Below, piece by piece: positions 29,550 to 40,195 of a stretch of DNA of 64,000 bases. The DNA comes from an uncultured bacterium. GTDB lineage: Bacteria; Zixibacteria; MSB-5A5; CAIYYT01. The DNA lies in the NCBI GenBank assembly GCA_963726455.1, contig CAVSCK010000003.1, forward strand, positions 512,001 through 576,000, written 5' to 3'. The notes beneath the pieces were generated by a model. The model did not search any database and was not told the origin of the DNA. It worked only from the letters and a program-made list of their open reading frames with translations. Every line of letters starts with the position of its first letter. Position 1 is the stretch's first letter. The position numbers were made by a program, and so were the translations under genes.

Positions 29550-30767
29550 CTAACTTATCTTCAAGAGTAAATCTGCCAGATTGATATTGAATATCGCCAG
29601 AATAAGCAGCACTACAATCGCCAGCATGAAAAGGCCCTTCGCAAAGTCCTGTCCCTTAAGCGAACCCAAGAGTCGAGGTTCTCTCTCGAGATAGGCGCTT
29701 GCCGCAAACAGCTCTTCTCCAATCAGTGTGTAATCGCAAGCAGCCACAAAGAACGGAATCTGCGCCGGCTGGTTGGTACCGGCAATCTGAATAGCACCGG
29801 CTTCGTTTCCGGTCTCTACCAAAATCAGTGACTCAGCAAAGAACCCCCCCAGATAGAACATGGTAGCCGGTTTCTGGCGCATGACCATGCCGTCGATCGC
29901 CGCCGCATACCCAAACTGGTCATCGGTGACGTAGTGCACCATGTCTTCCTTGAAGGCATCAGGCTTGCCGACTTTGCTGTAGGCTTCTCTGACCGCCTCT
30001 TTGGCCGTCATCATCACGAGTGACTTGGATACAGGTACGTCGAGCTGAGTTTCGTTCTGAGCACAGATACGCGCAACGCGACCCAGGATCGTGATGGCAG
30101 CAATAGTGGCAACGTCATCCAAGTCCTGAATGCCCGGGACGAAAAAGACCTTGCGACCCATTTCCGTCGCCCGGCCGATGGCATCGTCTACAGCATCAAT
30201 GCCGGCGATTTTGCGGACATAGAGCTCTTTGCCGGACTTGGCCTGATAGATATAAAACAAAATCGCAATGGAGACCACGATCGTCCAAATCAAGATGTTC
30301 ATCCGGCGCATATTGAACCACTGCGCGATTGGCTTCACCGGCCCAACTGTCTCCGATTCACTCCTGCCCGCCACCACGGTACTGTCTGCCTTGTTCAGGT
30401 CACTGACCGCAGCAATCCTGTAATAATAACTCGAATCCATGGTTACGTTGTTATCAGTAAATGCGTTTTGCCCTTTCGTGGTCTCACCGACGACTACGAA
30501 CGGTCCGCCTGTCGATGTTGAACGCAGGACCTGATATTTGGTCACTAATCGCTGATCATCCGCCGAAAGCTGCCAACTGACGTCCAGAGCCGAGCCATTG
30601 TCATTCGGCGTGTCTTCGGCAACGACGTTGGTTGGTGGCGCCGGATTCTCAGTTGTGACTTGAACGGATTTAGCTGAATCGACAGGAGTATTTGTCTGAG
30701 AGAAGATCGGGGTGCAGAGCAGGAGAATTACTGCGATCAAGAAGACGGATATTCTGAGACGCCGCAT
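29550..30767 (-). CDS. Module gene A1 (FN3-like plus DUF6754-like)
   Basis: Signal peptide, DTPNDNG FN3-like domain, DAIGRATEMG; GGGAG RBS. Confidence 0.85.
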   Translation of the reverse strand: MRRLRISVFLIAVILLLCTPIFSQTNTPVDSAKSVQVTTENPAPPTNVVAEDTPNDNGSALDVSWQLSADDQRLVTKYQVLRSTSTGGPFVVVGETTKGQNAFTDNNVTMDSSYYYRIAAVSDLNKADSTVVAGRSESETVGPVKPIAQWFNMRRMNILIWTIVVSIAILFYIYQAKSGKELYVRKIAGIDAVDDAIGRATEMGRKVFFVPGIQDLDDVATIAAITILGRVARICAQNETQLDVPVSKSLVMMTAKEAVREAYSKVGKPDAFKEDMVHYVTDDQFGYAAAIDGMVMRQKPATMFYLGGFFAESLILVETGNEAGAIQIAGTNQPAQIPFFVAACDYTLIGEELFAASAYLEREPRLLGSLKGQDFAKGLFMLAIVVLLILAIFNINLADLLLKIS

Positions 30768-30890
30768 TGTTCTCCCAACTTAGGCCACCAATACAACCGA
30801 TTGTGCGCACAGGCACTGTCTATAAGACGGTTTCCGCTGCCGATTTGTGCATTCGGCCGGCTGCCTCGGTGGGCCACTCCGAATTGGCGC

Positions 30891-30919
30891 AAATTAGCCA
30901 AGGTCGAGTCTGGTGTCAA
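30891..30919 (-). promoter_or_regulatory. Sigma70 promoter of the 12-gene membrane operon
   Basis: TTGACA-17 bp-TAATTT downstream of the mdh terminator. Confidence 0.6.
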
Positions 30920-30951
30920 GGACAAAATGCTCTGGCGGGCCCGCCGCAACT

Positions 30952-30988
30952 AAAAGGGCGCCGCCCGAGATGGACTCTTGGCGGCGCC
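30952..30988 (-). terminator. Terminator after mdh
   Basis: GGCGCCGCC...GGCGGCGCC followed by CTTTT on the minus strand. Confidence 0.75.
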
Positions 30989-31033
30989 GTAGGGAGGACT
31001 GTACTTCTTGCGAAGTCTAATCTCTGATTCGGC

Positions 31034-31960
31034 CTAGTAGCCGAGTAATTTCAGATGCTCCTTGTAAGTTGCAGCCGATTTCTGCAGGGCTGACAACTCC
31101 TTCTGCTCCAGCTTCATTTCCACGATCTTCTCGACACCAGTCTGTCCGAGAACCACCGGCACGCCGATGTACATGTCATTGATGCCATACTGGCCGGTCA
31201 GGAACGCGGAGCAGGGATACAGCTTCTTCTTGTCGTTCAGCACCGAGTCGACCATTGCCACGGTAGCAGCAGCAGGTGCATAATATGCGGAACCGGTCTT
31301 TAGCAGGGCGACGATTTCACCACCGCCGTTGATCGTACGCTGACTGATCGCTTCGATCCGATCAGGAGCCATAAGTTCCGTAATCGGCACTCCAGCCGCT
31401 GTAGTGTAGCGCGGCAACGGCACCATCGTGTCGCCGTGACCACCCAGAACCATCGCCTCGGTCTCGGTCTGCGCTATTCCCAGCTCCATCCCAATGAATG
31501 TCCGGAAGCGGATCGAGTCCAGGATACCGGCCTGACCAAACACGCGATTGGCCGGAAAACCGGAGACTTTGTAGGCATGGAACGTCATCAGGTCAAGCGG
31601 ATTGGCGACCATCAGAATTATCGCGTGGGAGGCGAACTCCTTGACTTTCTGCGCCACCGAGCCAATGATCTCCGCGTTCTTGGTCAACAGATCTTCGCGC
31701 GACATTCCCGGTTTGCGAGCCAAGCCGGCGGTATGAACCACTATGTCCGAACCGCGCATATCCGCAAAGTCATTTGAACCCTTGATTGTGACATCATACC
31801 CGCGAATCGGCCCCGCCTGCATCAGGTCGAGCGCCTTCCCCTGCGGCATTCCTTCGACGACGTCGATCAACATGATGTCGCAAAGATTGCCCTCGGCCAG
31901 ATACTGTGCAACCGCTGCACCGACATTTCCGGCCCCGATTACCGTTACTTTTCTACGCAT
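31034..31960 (-). CDS. mdh: Malate dehydrogenase (LDH-like)
   Basis: GAGNVG, RKPGMSREDL, LDSIRF, GGHGD and SAYYAPA motifs. Confidence 0.96.
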   Translation of the reverse strand: MRRKVTVIGAGNVGAAVAQYLAEGNLCDIMLIDVVEGMPQGKALDLMQAGPIRGYDVTIKGSNDFADMRGSDIVVHTAGLARKPGMSREDLLTKNAEIIGSVAQKVKEFASHAIILMVANPLDLMTFHAYKVSGFPANRVFGQAGILDSIRFRTFIGMELGIAQTETEAMVLGGHGDTMVPLPRYTTAAGVPITELMAPDRIEAISQRTINGGGEIVALLKTGSAYYAPAAATVAMVDSVLNDKKKLYPCSAFLTGQYGINDMYIGVPVVLGQTGVEKIVEMKLEQKELSALQKSAATYKEHLKLLGY

Positions 31961-32003
31961 CGTTTCACTCCTTCGTTTCTGGCACGTGCCACATCAGCTC
32001 CTG

Positions 32004-33237
32004 TCAGGCGCACTGAAGCACCTGATTGGCGCTGTCCAGCACCACCGCTATATCGCATTTCGTTCCATGTCTTTCCATTAGTTTTTCCACAGCCGGTTCA
32101 AGTTCCGGCCACGGCTCAATCGGTATGAACTCAAGGTCGGATGCGGGCAGTTTCGAAACCAGCATCAGTTTGAGCCGCTCAGATAATCTTTCCGTCCGCT
32201 TGACTTTGTGAATCCCCATCAGCAGCCATTCCGACTGGCCGTCAACCCGCAACTCACCATTTGCCGATCTCTCCGCCAATTTCAGAAATCTGGCGTCGCC
32301 GGTACCCTCAACGCACCCGGAGACTAACAATATCGTACCATCCGATTTTACCGCGGAAGCCACGTTTTCGTAAGATTTCTGCAATTGATATAGATTCTTG
32401 TCCAGAGGCGGATAGACGACGCAGATCGCCACGTCGTACGGGGAGCCAACATTGTGAGCATAGTTGGCCTTAACAAAGTCGCAAGCGCTGTCGTACGCTT
32501 TGTCCCAATCACCTGCCGACAGGTGGAATACCGTTCCGTGGTGATCGCAGACAATCTGAATCGCAAAACGTCTCTTGTAATCGAGGCACGTGGTGCGAGA
32601 ACGGATATCTTCCCATACCGGATTCCCTCGCCTGTGCCAATGGCTGGCTCTTTGAACTCAGCGCGTTTGCATGATTGCGGGAAACATCGGCGAATGATGC
32701 ACAACCGGGCAGAATGATCTTGCGCCCGCCCGTGAATCCGGCGAAGTAATGCGGCTCGACTGAGCCGATTATCAATACCGAATCGCTCTGTTCGAACAGC
32801 TTATTGAGACTTACCGTGTTGGCGCCGCTGCCGAACTCGGCCAACTGATTTTCGTCGAAGGCGCTGTGAATGTGAATCCGATCCGCGAAGCGCTCATAGA
32901 ATCTGCCGAAGATTCTGCGCAGTTGCGTGTCATCAGGCGCACCGTGCAACGCGGTCGCTACAAGAAATGTGGTGTTGACTTGAGACAGCGAATCACCCAG
33001 GACGTCGAGCACGCGCGCTGTCGGTGTAGGTCGACAATGATCGTTGACGACGACCAGCAATTGCTGCGAGTTTTTCAGGAAGTCCGTGAGATCGGTGGGC
33101 AGCTTGCCGGTCGCAAGCCAGTTATCGTTCCCCAGCGAAGTAAGCCGCTTTTGAGGCAAATCGAAGAGGTCAACCCGACAAGTATCAGGCAAACTCAACT
33201 CAACATCCTTGTCGCAATACCAGATGGGAGTCCTCAT
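32004..33237 (-). CDS. larA: LarA-family nickel-pincer racemase/epimerase (frameshift near 32628)
   Basis: ND..RPTP, EPHYFAGFTGGRK..LPG and NH motifs; the shifted frame resumes GNPVWED...NLYQ..K...GIHK. Confidence 0.82.
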
Positions 33238-33260
33238 TCGCTTTCACAATGCCAAAGCGG

Positions 33261-33662
33261 CTATGAGAAATGAAATTTCAGTTCGATCTTTGCGTTCTCC
33301 ACGCTATCCGAAGCGTGCACCGAGTTCTTGCTTACATCAATTGCATAGGACTGGCGAATTGTCCCACACGCTGCTTTCGCCGGATCAGTCGCCCCGATCA
33401 ATTCACGCAGATCAGCCACGGCGTTGTCTTTTTCCAGCGCCATGGCAACGATCGGTGACGACGACATAAATTGAACCAGCTCATCCAGAAACGGCTTACC
33501 CTCGTGAACCTTGTAGAATTCGCGGGCGCGCCCGGCCGTCAGGTGAACCATCTTCATTTCTTTGAGTTCGAAACCGGCTGTCTCCAGCCGGTCGATAATT
33601 CGTCCTATCAGTTTGCGCTCGACGGCATCAGGTTTGATCATCAGCAACGTTTGCTGTTTCAT
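33261..33662 (-). CDS. ndk: Nucleoside-diphosphate kinase
   Basis: Start reassigned to MKQQTLLMIKPDAV (ATGA overlap); NSVHASDS motif. Confidence 0.95.
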   Translation of the reverse strand: MKQQTLLMIKPDAVERKLIGRIIDRLETAGFELKEMKMVHLTAGRAREFYKVHEGKPFLDELVQFMSSSPIVAMALEKDNAVADLRELIGATDPAKAACGTIRQSYAIDVSKNSVHASDSVENAKIELKFHFS

Positions 33663-34267
33663 TTCCTGAGCCTTTCCTTCGCCTTGCGGCCTTCTTCGAG
33701 GCCAAGCTGCAATGCCGCCAGGTTCTTTTCTTCGGTTCCGCGCGGAGCCCTGCGTTTGACAACTTCCGTCAAACCGGCTTCGGAAACGACGCCCGACACG
33801 GCACAGATAGCGCCCAGCGATATAACATTCGCCACCATCGGATTGCCGATCGTATGCCGCGCCAACTGGCTGAACGGAATGCCGACCCACAATGAGGTCG
33901 GGACTTGCGTTACCATGTGGCTGTCGACAATAAGCAGACCGTCTTCTTTCAGATCATGGTAGTAATTGTCACAGGCCTCTTGCGATAGCGCCAGCAGCAG
34001 GTCAAGCTGCATCGGTTTGGGGTAGTAAATCTCATTAGCTGAGATAACCACATCCGCTCGCGACGCGCCGCCGCGTGCCTCAGGTCCGTAACTCTGCGTC
34101 TGAACAACATTCTTGCCGTCATAGGTAGCGACCGCTTCCGCCAGCATCACGCCGGCGAGAATCAATCCCTGCCCACCCGAGCCGGAGAAACGAATTTCGT
34201 AACGATCGATAGTATCATTCCGGGCTTGAGCGGCAGCCGCCTTATTTGCTTTCGTTGGACTTGTCAT
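33659..34267 (-). CDS. korC: 2-oxoacid:ferredoxin oxidoreductase gamma subunit
   Basis: GSGGQG and QSYGPEARGG motifs. Confidence 0.9.
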   Translation of the reverse strand: MTSPTKANKAAAAQARNDTIDRYEIRFSGSGGQGLILAGVMLAEAVATYDGKNVVQTQSYGPEARGGASRADVVISANEIYYPKPMQLDLLLALSQEACDNYYHDLKEDGLLIVDSHMVTQVPTSLWVGIPFSQLARHTIGNPMVANVISLGAICAVSGVVSEAGLTEVVKRRAPRGTEEKNLAALQLGLEEGRKAKERLRK

Positions 34268-34269
34268 GC

Positions 34270-35097
34270 TTATTTCCCCTGCAGACTCTCGATTAATGCG
34301 TCATAGCGGTCACAGTATTCCTCGCGTTCGACATCGCAGAAGACACCTGTGAGCAGTTTGCCCTCCACTTTCTCCGGCGGCATCTTGGCCGCGGCCTTCA
34401 GCGGCAGCACGTTCTTTTTCATCTCTTCCAGCATCTTGACCGAATCTCCCAAACGGTTCAGGCGGCCATAATAGGTGTGGCAGTTTGAAAAGGCTTCGAC
34501 GACCGAGAAACCGCGTTTCTGAATGGCTTCAAATATCAACTGATCGAGCTGAGTGACATGATAGACCGTGCCGCGCGCGACATAGGATGCGCCTGCAGCC
34601 ATCGCCAGTTTGGGAATATCAAAGGGATATTCCTTGTTGCCGTACGGCGCCGTAGCGGCATGGCTGTCAGTCGGCGTGGTCGGCGAGAACTGCCCGCCGG
34701 TCATTCCGTAGATCATGTTATTGATCAGGATGCAGGTGATATCGATATTGCGCCGCGAGGCGTGAATGAAGTGATTGCCGCCGATTGCCAGCGCATCGCC
34801 GTCACCGGTAATGACAATGACTTTCATCTTGGGGTTGGCAAGCTTGACGCCGGTGGCAAACGGCAGCGCGCGGCCGTGAGTCGTGTGCAATGTATTGAAG
34901 TCGAGGTAAACCGGCATGCGCGAGGAACATCCGATACCGGATACCAAAGTCACATTGTCGCGGTCCAACTGCAATTTATCGATAGCCCGAATCAGCGAGC
35001 CCATGACGATGCCGATACCGCATCCGGCACACCAGACATTCGGGAATTTCTTCTTCTCACGCAGGTATTGATGGGTGATGTCTGACTTCTGCGTCAT
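34270..35097 (-). CDS. korB: 2-oxoacid:ferredoxin oxidoreductase beta subunit
   Basis: WCAGCG, SGIGCS and TPP-binding GDGD...NN motifs. Confidence 0.92.
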   Translation of the reverse strand: MTQKSDITHQYLREKKKFPNVWCAGCGIGIVMGSLIRAIDKLQLDRDNVTLVSGIGCSSRMPVYLDFNTLHTTHGRALPFATGVKLANPKMKVIVITGDGDALAIGGNHFIHASRRNIDITCILINNMIYGMTGGQFSPTTPTDSHAATAPYGNKEYPFDIPKLAMAAGASYVARGTVYHVTQLDQLIFEAIQKRGFSVVEAFSNCHTYYGRLNRLGDSVKMLEEMKKNVLPLKAAAKMPPEKVEGKLLTGVFCDVEREEYCDRYDALIESLQGK

Positions 35098-35098
35098 C

Positions 35099-36238
35099 TT
35101 ACCTCACCTCCTTAATCTTGTTGAGAATCTGCATCGGGGTAATCAATTCGGAATCATAGCGACAGAGACTGATAACCTCGACATGCTTGGGTACCAGCCG
35201 CTGAACTTCATAAACCAGTTGGCCCTGATTCAGTTCGGCGACGATGACCTTCTGCAGATTCTTGGATGAGAAAATCTCGCGGTATTTCTTGTCGTGCGAT
35301 GGCCAAATTGTGATCGGCCTGACCTGGCCGACTTTCATTCTTCTCGCACGAGCCATCTGCACCGCCTGCTTGGCAGCGCGGGCGACGATACCGTACGCAT
35401 AGACCGCCACATGAGCGTCTTCCATGCCGTCGGTTTCGATCTGACAGATGTCGTCGAGATAGCGCATGATCTTATTTTGCAGTTTGCTCATCTTTGCCTG
35501 GATTTCGACCGGCTTGCTGGTCGGAAATCCGTATTCATCATGAGTCAGTCCGGTAACATGGAAACGATAACCGTCACCGAACGACGCCATCGGCGACTTG
35601 AAGTTCGGAGTGATTTCGAAGTGTTTGTACCAGCCGGCCGGAACGTCGGGTTTCTGGCGATTGATCACCGGCAGCTCGCCCTCGGCGGGAACAACGACTT
35701 TCTCCCGCATGTGTCCCAACACTTCGTCCAACAATAAGGTCACGGGTGTACGATACGATTCGGCGAGATTGAAAGCTCTCACAGTCAGGTCAATGGTCTC
35801 TCTCACCGACTGCGGCGCCAGCGCAATCGCGATATAGTCGCCGTGAGTTCCCCAGCGCGCCTGCATCGTATCCGACTGTGACACCTTGGTCGGCAGTCCG
35901 GTCGACGGGCCGCCGCGCTGCACGTTGACAACCACGGTCGGTACCTCCGCCATGTAGGCGTACCCGATGCCCTCGACCATCAGCGAGAATCCCGGACCGG
36001 AAGTCGCCGTCATCGACTTGGCGCCGGCGCAGGAGCCGCCGATAATTGCCGCCATCGACGCGATCTCGTCTTCCATCTGGATGAATTTTCCGCCGACCTT
36101 CGGCAACTTTCGCGCCAGAATTTCGGCAATTTCCGTTGACGGGGTGATCGGATATCCGGCGAACAATCGCAGGCCCGCGATCATGGCGCCTTCGGTGACC
36201 GCCTCATTCCCTTGTAGTAATTTTATATTTTCAGCCAT
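35099..36238 (-). CDS. korA: 2-oxoacid:ferredoxin oxidoreductase alpha subunit
   Basis: YPITP, QMEDE, TSGPG and RGGPSTG motifs; next to sucCD, so 2-oxoglutarate is the likely substrate. Confidence 0.92.
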   Translation of the reverse strand: MAENIKLLQGNEAVTEGAMIAGLRLFAGYPITPSTEIAEILARKLPKVGGKFIQMEDEIASMAAIIGGSCAGAKSMTATSGPGFSLMVEGIGYAYMAEVPTVVVNVQRGGPSTGLPTKVSQSDTMQARWGTHGDYIAIALAPQSVRETIDLTVRAFNLAESYRTPVTLLLDEVLGHMREKVVVPAEGELPVINRQKPDVPAGWYKHFEITPNFKSPMASFGDGYRFHVTGLTHDEYGFPTSKPVEIQAKMSKLQNKIMRYLDDICQIETDGMEDAHVAVYAYGIVARAAKQAVQMARARRMKVGQVRPITIWPSHDKKYREIFSSKNLQKVIVAELNQGQLVYEVQRLVPKHVEVISLCRYDSELITPMQILNKIKEVR

Positions 36239-36250
36239 TAAGCAGCACTC

Positions 36251-36499
36251 CTACTTCTCATTGGAGACGATCGCCAGATCAGGACAATGAAGCCAGCAGA
36301 TGGCGCACTGGGTACACTTGTCGGGATAAGAGATAATCGGTTTGCCGTCTCGGTCAGAGGTGAACACTTGATTGGGACAAAAACTAATGCAAATGCCGCA
36401 GGCCTTGCACCAGTGGAAATAAATTGTCAGCGGCCCGGCACCACTCTTCGATGCCGAATCCGTTGCCTGCTGCTCGGTATCGCCCGCTGTATCTGGCAT
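36251..36499 (-). CDS. korD: 2x[4Fe-4S] ferredoxin (delta subunit)
   Basis: Two CxxCxxCxxxCP motifs. Confidence 0.9.
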   Translation of the reverse strand: MPDTAGDTEQQATDSASKSGAGPLTIYFHWCKACGICISFCPNQVFTSDRDGKPIISYPDKCTQCAICWLHCPDLAIVSNEK

Positions 36500-36587
36500 C
36501 TATAAAGTCTCCTTAAACCTTGCGGATCAGCAGCGCTCGGCTCTCTTCCCAGATCGCTGTAGTCCGGATAAATCTATTGACAGTGGT

Positions 36588-37649
36588 CTATTTCTTCTTC
36601 GGTTTTGCTTTCGATCTGGATTTTGCCGCCCGGGCCAATTTGCTGACTTTGGGCTTCGCCTTCCTGATCGGGGCTGATTTCCTGACTACTTTCTTCGCGA
36701 CCGGCTTTGCCTTGGCAGACTTCTTCGCTGCCGGCTTCGCTTTCATCGCCGGTTTCCTGGCAGCGCCTTTCTTGGAAAGCGCGGCGAGTTTCTTCTCTAC
36801 CAGTTCGGCAACCTGAACCGGCGTCTTGGCAACCGGCACACCGACCGCTTCAAATGCCTTGATCTTTTCCGGCGCCGTTCCCGTGCCACCGGAGATAATC
36901 GCGCCGGCATGGCCCATGCGCTTGTCGGCCGGAGCCGTCAGCCCGGCGATAAAACCGACTACCGGTTTGGTGACATACTTCTTGATGAAGGCCGCGGCGT
37001 CTTCTTCATCCGTACCGCCGATTTCGCCGATTACCACGATCGCCTCGGTCTGAGGATCTTTCTGGAATTCAGCGAGACAGTCGATGAAGTTGGTGCCGAT
37101 GATCGGATCACCACCGATACCGATGCATGTTGACTGGCCGATCTTTCTCGCGGTCAGATTGTAGACGATTTCATACGTCAACGTCCCAGAGCGCGAAACG
37201 ACGCCGACCGAACCCTTCTTATGGATGTGTCCCGGCATAATCCCTACCTTGGTCACTCCCGGAGTTATAATGCCCGGGCAATTCGGTCCGATCAACCTCA
37301 CGCCTTTCACCTTCAAATAGTTGTACACTTTCAGCATGTCGTTCGCCGGAACGCCTTCACTGATGCAGACGATAACTTGCACGCCTGCGTCGGCGGCTTC
37401 ATAAATGGCGTCGACTGCCGCTGAGGCGGGAACATAGATGACGGACGTATTGGCCTTGGTCTTTTCGACTGCTTCGGCGACCGTATTGAAAATCGGAATG
37501 CCTTCCAAAGCAGTACCGCCCTTGCCCGGCGTCACACCGGCAACCACTGCGGTACCGTATTCTTTCATTTGCCGCGCATGGAAGGAACCGTCGCGACCGG
37601 TAATTCCCTGAACTACGACTCTCGTTTTCTTATCAACAAAGATTCCCAT
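36588..37649 (-). CDS. sucD: Succinyl-CoA synthetase alpha subunit with a long Lys/Ala/Pro tail
   Basis: Start reassigned to MGIFVDKKT; QGITG, GPNCPG and MGHAGA motifs. Confidence 0.95.
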   Translation of the reverse strand: MGIFVDKKTRVVVQGITGRDGSFHARQMKEYGTAVVAGVTPGKGGTALEGIPIFNTVAEAVEKTKANTSVIYVPASAAVDAIYEAADAGVQVIVCISEGVPANDMLKVYNYLKVKGVRLIGPNCPGIITPGVTKVGIMPGHIHKKGSVGVVSRSGTLTYEIVYNLTARKIGQSTCIGIGGDPIIGTNFIDCLAEFQKDPQTEAIVVIGEIGGTDEEDAAAFIKKYVTKPVVGFIAGLTAPADKRMGHAGAIISGGTGTAPEKIKAFEAVGVPVAKTPVQVAELVEKKLAALSKKGAARKPAMKAKPAAKKSAKAKPVAKKVVRKSAPIRKAKPKVSKLARAAKSRSKAKPKKK

Positions 37650-37671
37650 GATCTCTTCCTTTTCTTTCTGC

Positions 37672-38808
37672 TCAGGCCACTTCGGCGAGTTCGATTGCTT
37701 TGGTAACCACGTCAACCATCGTTTCAGCCGCCTGAATTTGCGACTTTTCCAGAATCGCCCGCGCTTCCGCTTCGTTGGTGCCCGTGAGACGCACGACCAA
37801 CGGCACTGAGGGTTTGAATTCCGAAACGGCTTTGACGATACCGTTTGCGACGTCATCGCAGCGTGTAATGCCGCCAAAGATATTGAACAGAATTGCTTTC
37901 ACATTCTGGTCGCGCAGGATGATTCGCATCGCCGTCACGACTTTGTCCGGATTGGATGAACCGCCGATATCGAGGAAATTGGCCGGTTCGCCGCCATAAT
38001 GCTTCACCAGGTCCATCGTCGCCATTGCCAGGCCGGCGCCGTTGACGACGCAGCCGATGTTGCCCGACAAACCGACAAAGGATAGTCCGGCTTCGCGCGC
38101 TTCATTCTCGGATTCTTCCGCCGGAGCCACATCACGCAATTGCTCGAATCTCGGATGGCGATAAAGTCCGTTGTCGTCAAGATTGATCTTGGCATCGAGA
38201 GCGACGACGGTGCCCGATGGCGTGGTCACGAGTGGATTGATTTCTACCAGTGAAGCATCCGATTCCATGAAGCAGCGATAGAGTTTGAGGATAATATCCG
38301 CTGCCTGTTTCGCGGTCTCGGGATTCGAGTAGATCTTGTATGCCAGTTGCCGCGCCTGATATTGCCTCATGCCCAACAGCGGGTCGATGTGCAATTTGAA
38401 AATCTTTTCCGGTGTCTTGGCGGCCACTTCCTCGATGTCAATACCACCCTCGGCAGAAACCATAATCACCGGCTTCTTCGCGCTGCGGTCGACAATAATT
38501 CCGACATACGCTTCATGGCTGATGTCAGTGGCCTCGGTGATAAACACTCTGCGGACAATCAATCCCTTGATGTTCATGCCGATGATGTTCTGGGCGTTGG
38601 CATACGCTTCATCCGGTGTCGCACAGTACTTGATGCCTCCGGCCTTGCCGCGGCCGCCGACATGAACCTGTGCTTTCACCATAACCGGCTTTCCGATTTC
38701 CTCGGCCAGTTGACGTGCTTCGTCGGCCGAAAATGCAATCTTGCCCTTGGGAACCGGGATGCCGAAAGAGGCAAAAATCTCCTTTGCCTGGTACTCGTGA
38801 ATTTTCAT
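37672..38808 (-). CDS. sucC: Succinyl-CoA synthetase beta subunit
   Basis: [21 protein letters not shown] and NIFGGI motifs. Confidence 0.97.
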   Translation of the reverse strand: MKIHEYQAKEIFASFGIPVPKGKIAFSADEARQLAEEIGKPVMVKAQVHVGGRGKAGGIKYCATPDEAYANAQNIIGMNIKGLIVRRVFITEATDISHEAYVGIIVDRSAKKPVIMVSAEGGIDIEEVAAKTPEKIFKLHIDPLLGMRQYQARQLAYKIYSNPETAKQAADIILKLYRCFMESDASLVEINPLVTTPSGTVVALDAKINLDDNGLYRHPRFEQLRDVAPAEESENEAREAGLSFVGLSGNIGCVVNGAGLAMATMDLVKHYGGEPANFLDIGGSSNPDKVVTAMRIILRDQNVKAILFNIFGGITRCDDVANGIVKAVSEFKPSVPLVVRLTGTNEAEARAILEKSQIQAAETMVDVVTKAIELAEVA

Positions 38809-38828
38809 TATGGCTCCTTCAATTTCCT

Positions 38829-40194
38829 CTAAGACTTGGCCTTCAAAAAGGCTCGCGCCTCTTCGAGCAGTATATCGTAGCTATTCTTGTTCCGGAAAAT
38901 CAAGTACGACCTCAAGGAGATGATTGAGAATCTCCCCCACCAACTTCCCCGGTTGCAGGTCGAACACTCGCATAAGCTCATCCCCGTTGATCGCCAGATC
39001 GGCTAACCCAAAGGGGGGCTTGCGCTCCAACTCGGCGCGAATTCGCTGTTCAAACTCGTCCACGTCCTCGGTCTTCCCTCCCATTCCCTGTCCGACCACA
39101 TCCGCACGACGCAGATCGAGCAAGTCAAAAATCAAATCCGGGCCAACCTTGCGGATTAGCCGGCGCATTCCCTTATCACTAACCGCAGTCGTAAACATAT
39201 GTCGATCAACGAGCAACACGACTTTCTCCACAAAGTCATTGGAGTATCTCAGCCGCTCCAGGATTCTTTTGGCTAGCCGGGCGCCATAGTCCTCGTGCCC
39301 GTAAAAAGTCGCTCCGTCGGCTGTCAGTTGCTTTGCCTGCGGCTTGGCAACATCGTGAAAGAGCGCCGCCATGCGGACCACGAGCCGTTTGGGGGTTGCA
39401 TCCGCCGTGAAGATCGAATGCTCAAAGACCGGGTAGGCGTGATATGGTCCCGGCTGGTCGACGCCAACCGTATACTCCAGCTCGGGAAATATAAACTTGA
39501 GCATGCCGACTCGTTGCATCAGCAGAAATCCGGTAGAGGGTTTGTCCGCTTGCACCAATAGTTTGTTCAACTCTTCTGCGATTCTCTCAGCGGAGACAGT
39601 CTGAATCAGGGCGACATTCTCACGCAGCGACACATAGGTTGCCGGCTCAATCTCGAAATTGAATCGCGCTGCAAACTGCACCGCGCGCAACATCCGCAAC
39701 GGATCTTCTCGAAATGAATTCGGGAAAGCTACCCGAATGACGTGTGCCTTGAGGTCTGCCTGGCCGCCGTACGGGTCGATCAACTCGCCATTGACGACAT
39801 TGCGGGCAATTGCGTTGATGGTGAAATCGCGCCGCCCCAGGTCGTCTTCGACCTGCAAACGATGATCGAAGTCGACCTCAAAGTCGCGATGCCCGGAGCC
39901 GGTCGAGATTTCCTTGCGCGGTAGCACAAAATCGAAAGTCTCCGCCGGCATGTCGCCCTTGGCATATTGCGTAAATTTGATCACGCCAAACGAACGGCCG
40001 ACAAGATCGGCGCGTCCGAACCGGCTCAAGATCGCAAGCAGTTCCTGAAACGGAATTCCCGTAACGAGAAGATCAATGTCCTTCGACTCCGGTTGGCCCG
40101 GTATCAACGAATCGCGTACCGCGCCGCCTACTTCATAGAGCTGTCCCTGGGCCGTAATGGCTGCGACAAGTGAGGGTGAGAGTTGAACGGCCAT
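38829..40194 (-). CDS. cca: tRNA nucleotidyltransferase (CCA-adding class II) with HD domain; extra base near 38889
   Basis: VGGAVRD, DID, RRDFTINA, EDPLR and HD motifs; start MAVQLS 40194; the corrected frame gives KNSYDILLEEARAFLKAKS*. Confidence 0.85.
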
Positions 40195-40195
40195 C

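Noticed and set aside
33662-33890. N-terminal extensions of ndk, and likewise sucD, cca, B3, RRM2 and the LuxR gene
   Set aside because: Longest-ORF artefacts; downstream starts fit RBS, gene overlap and family N-termini better.
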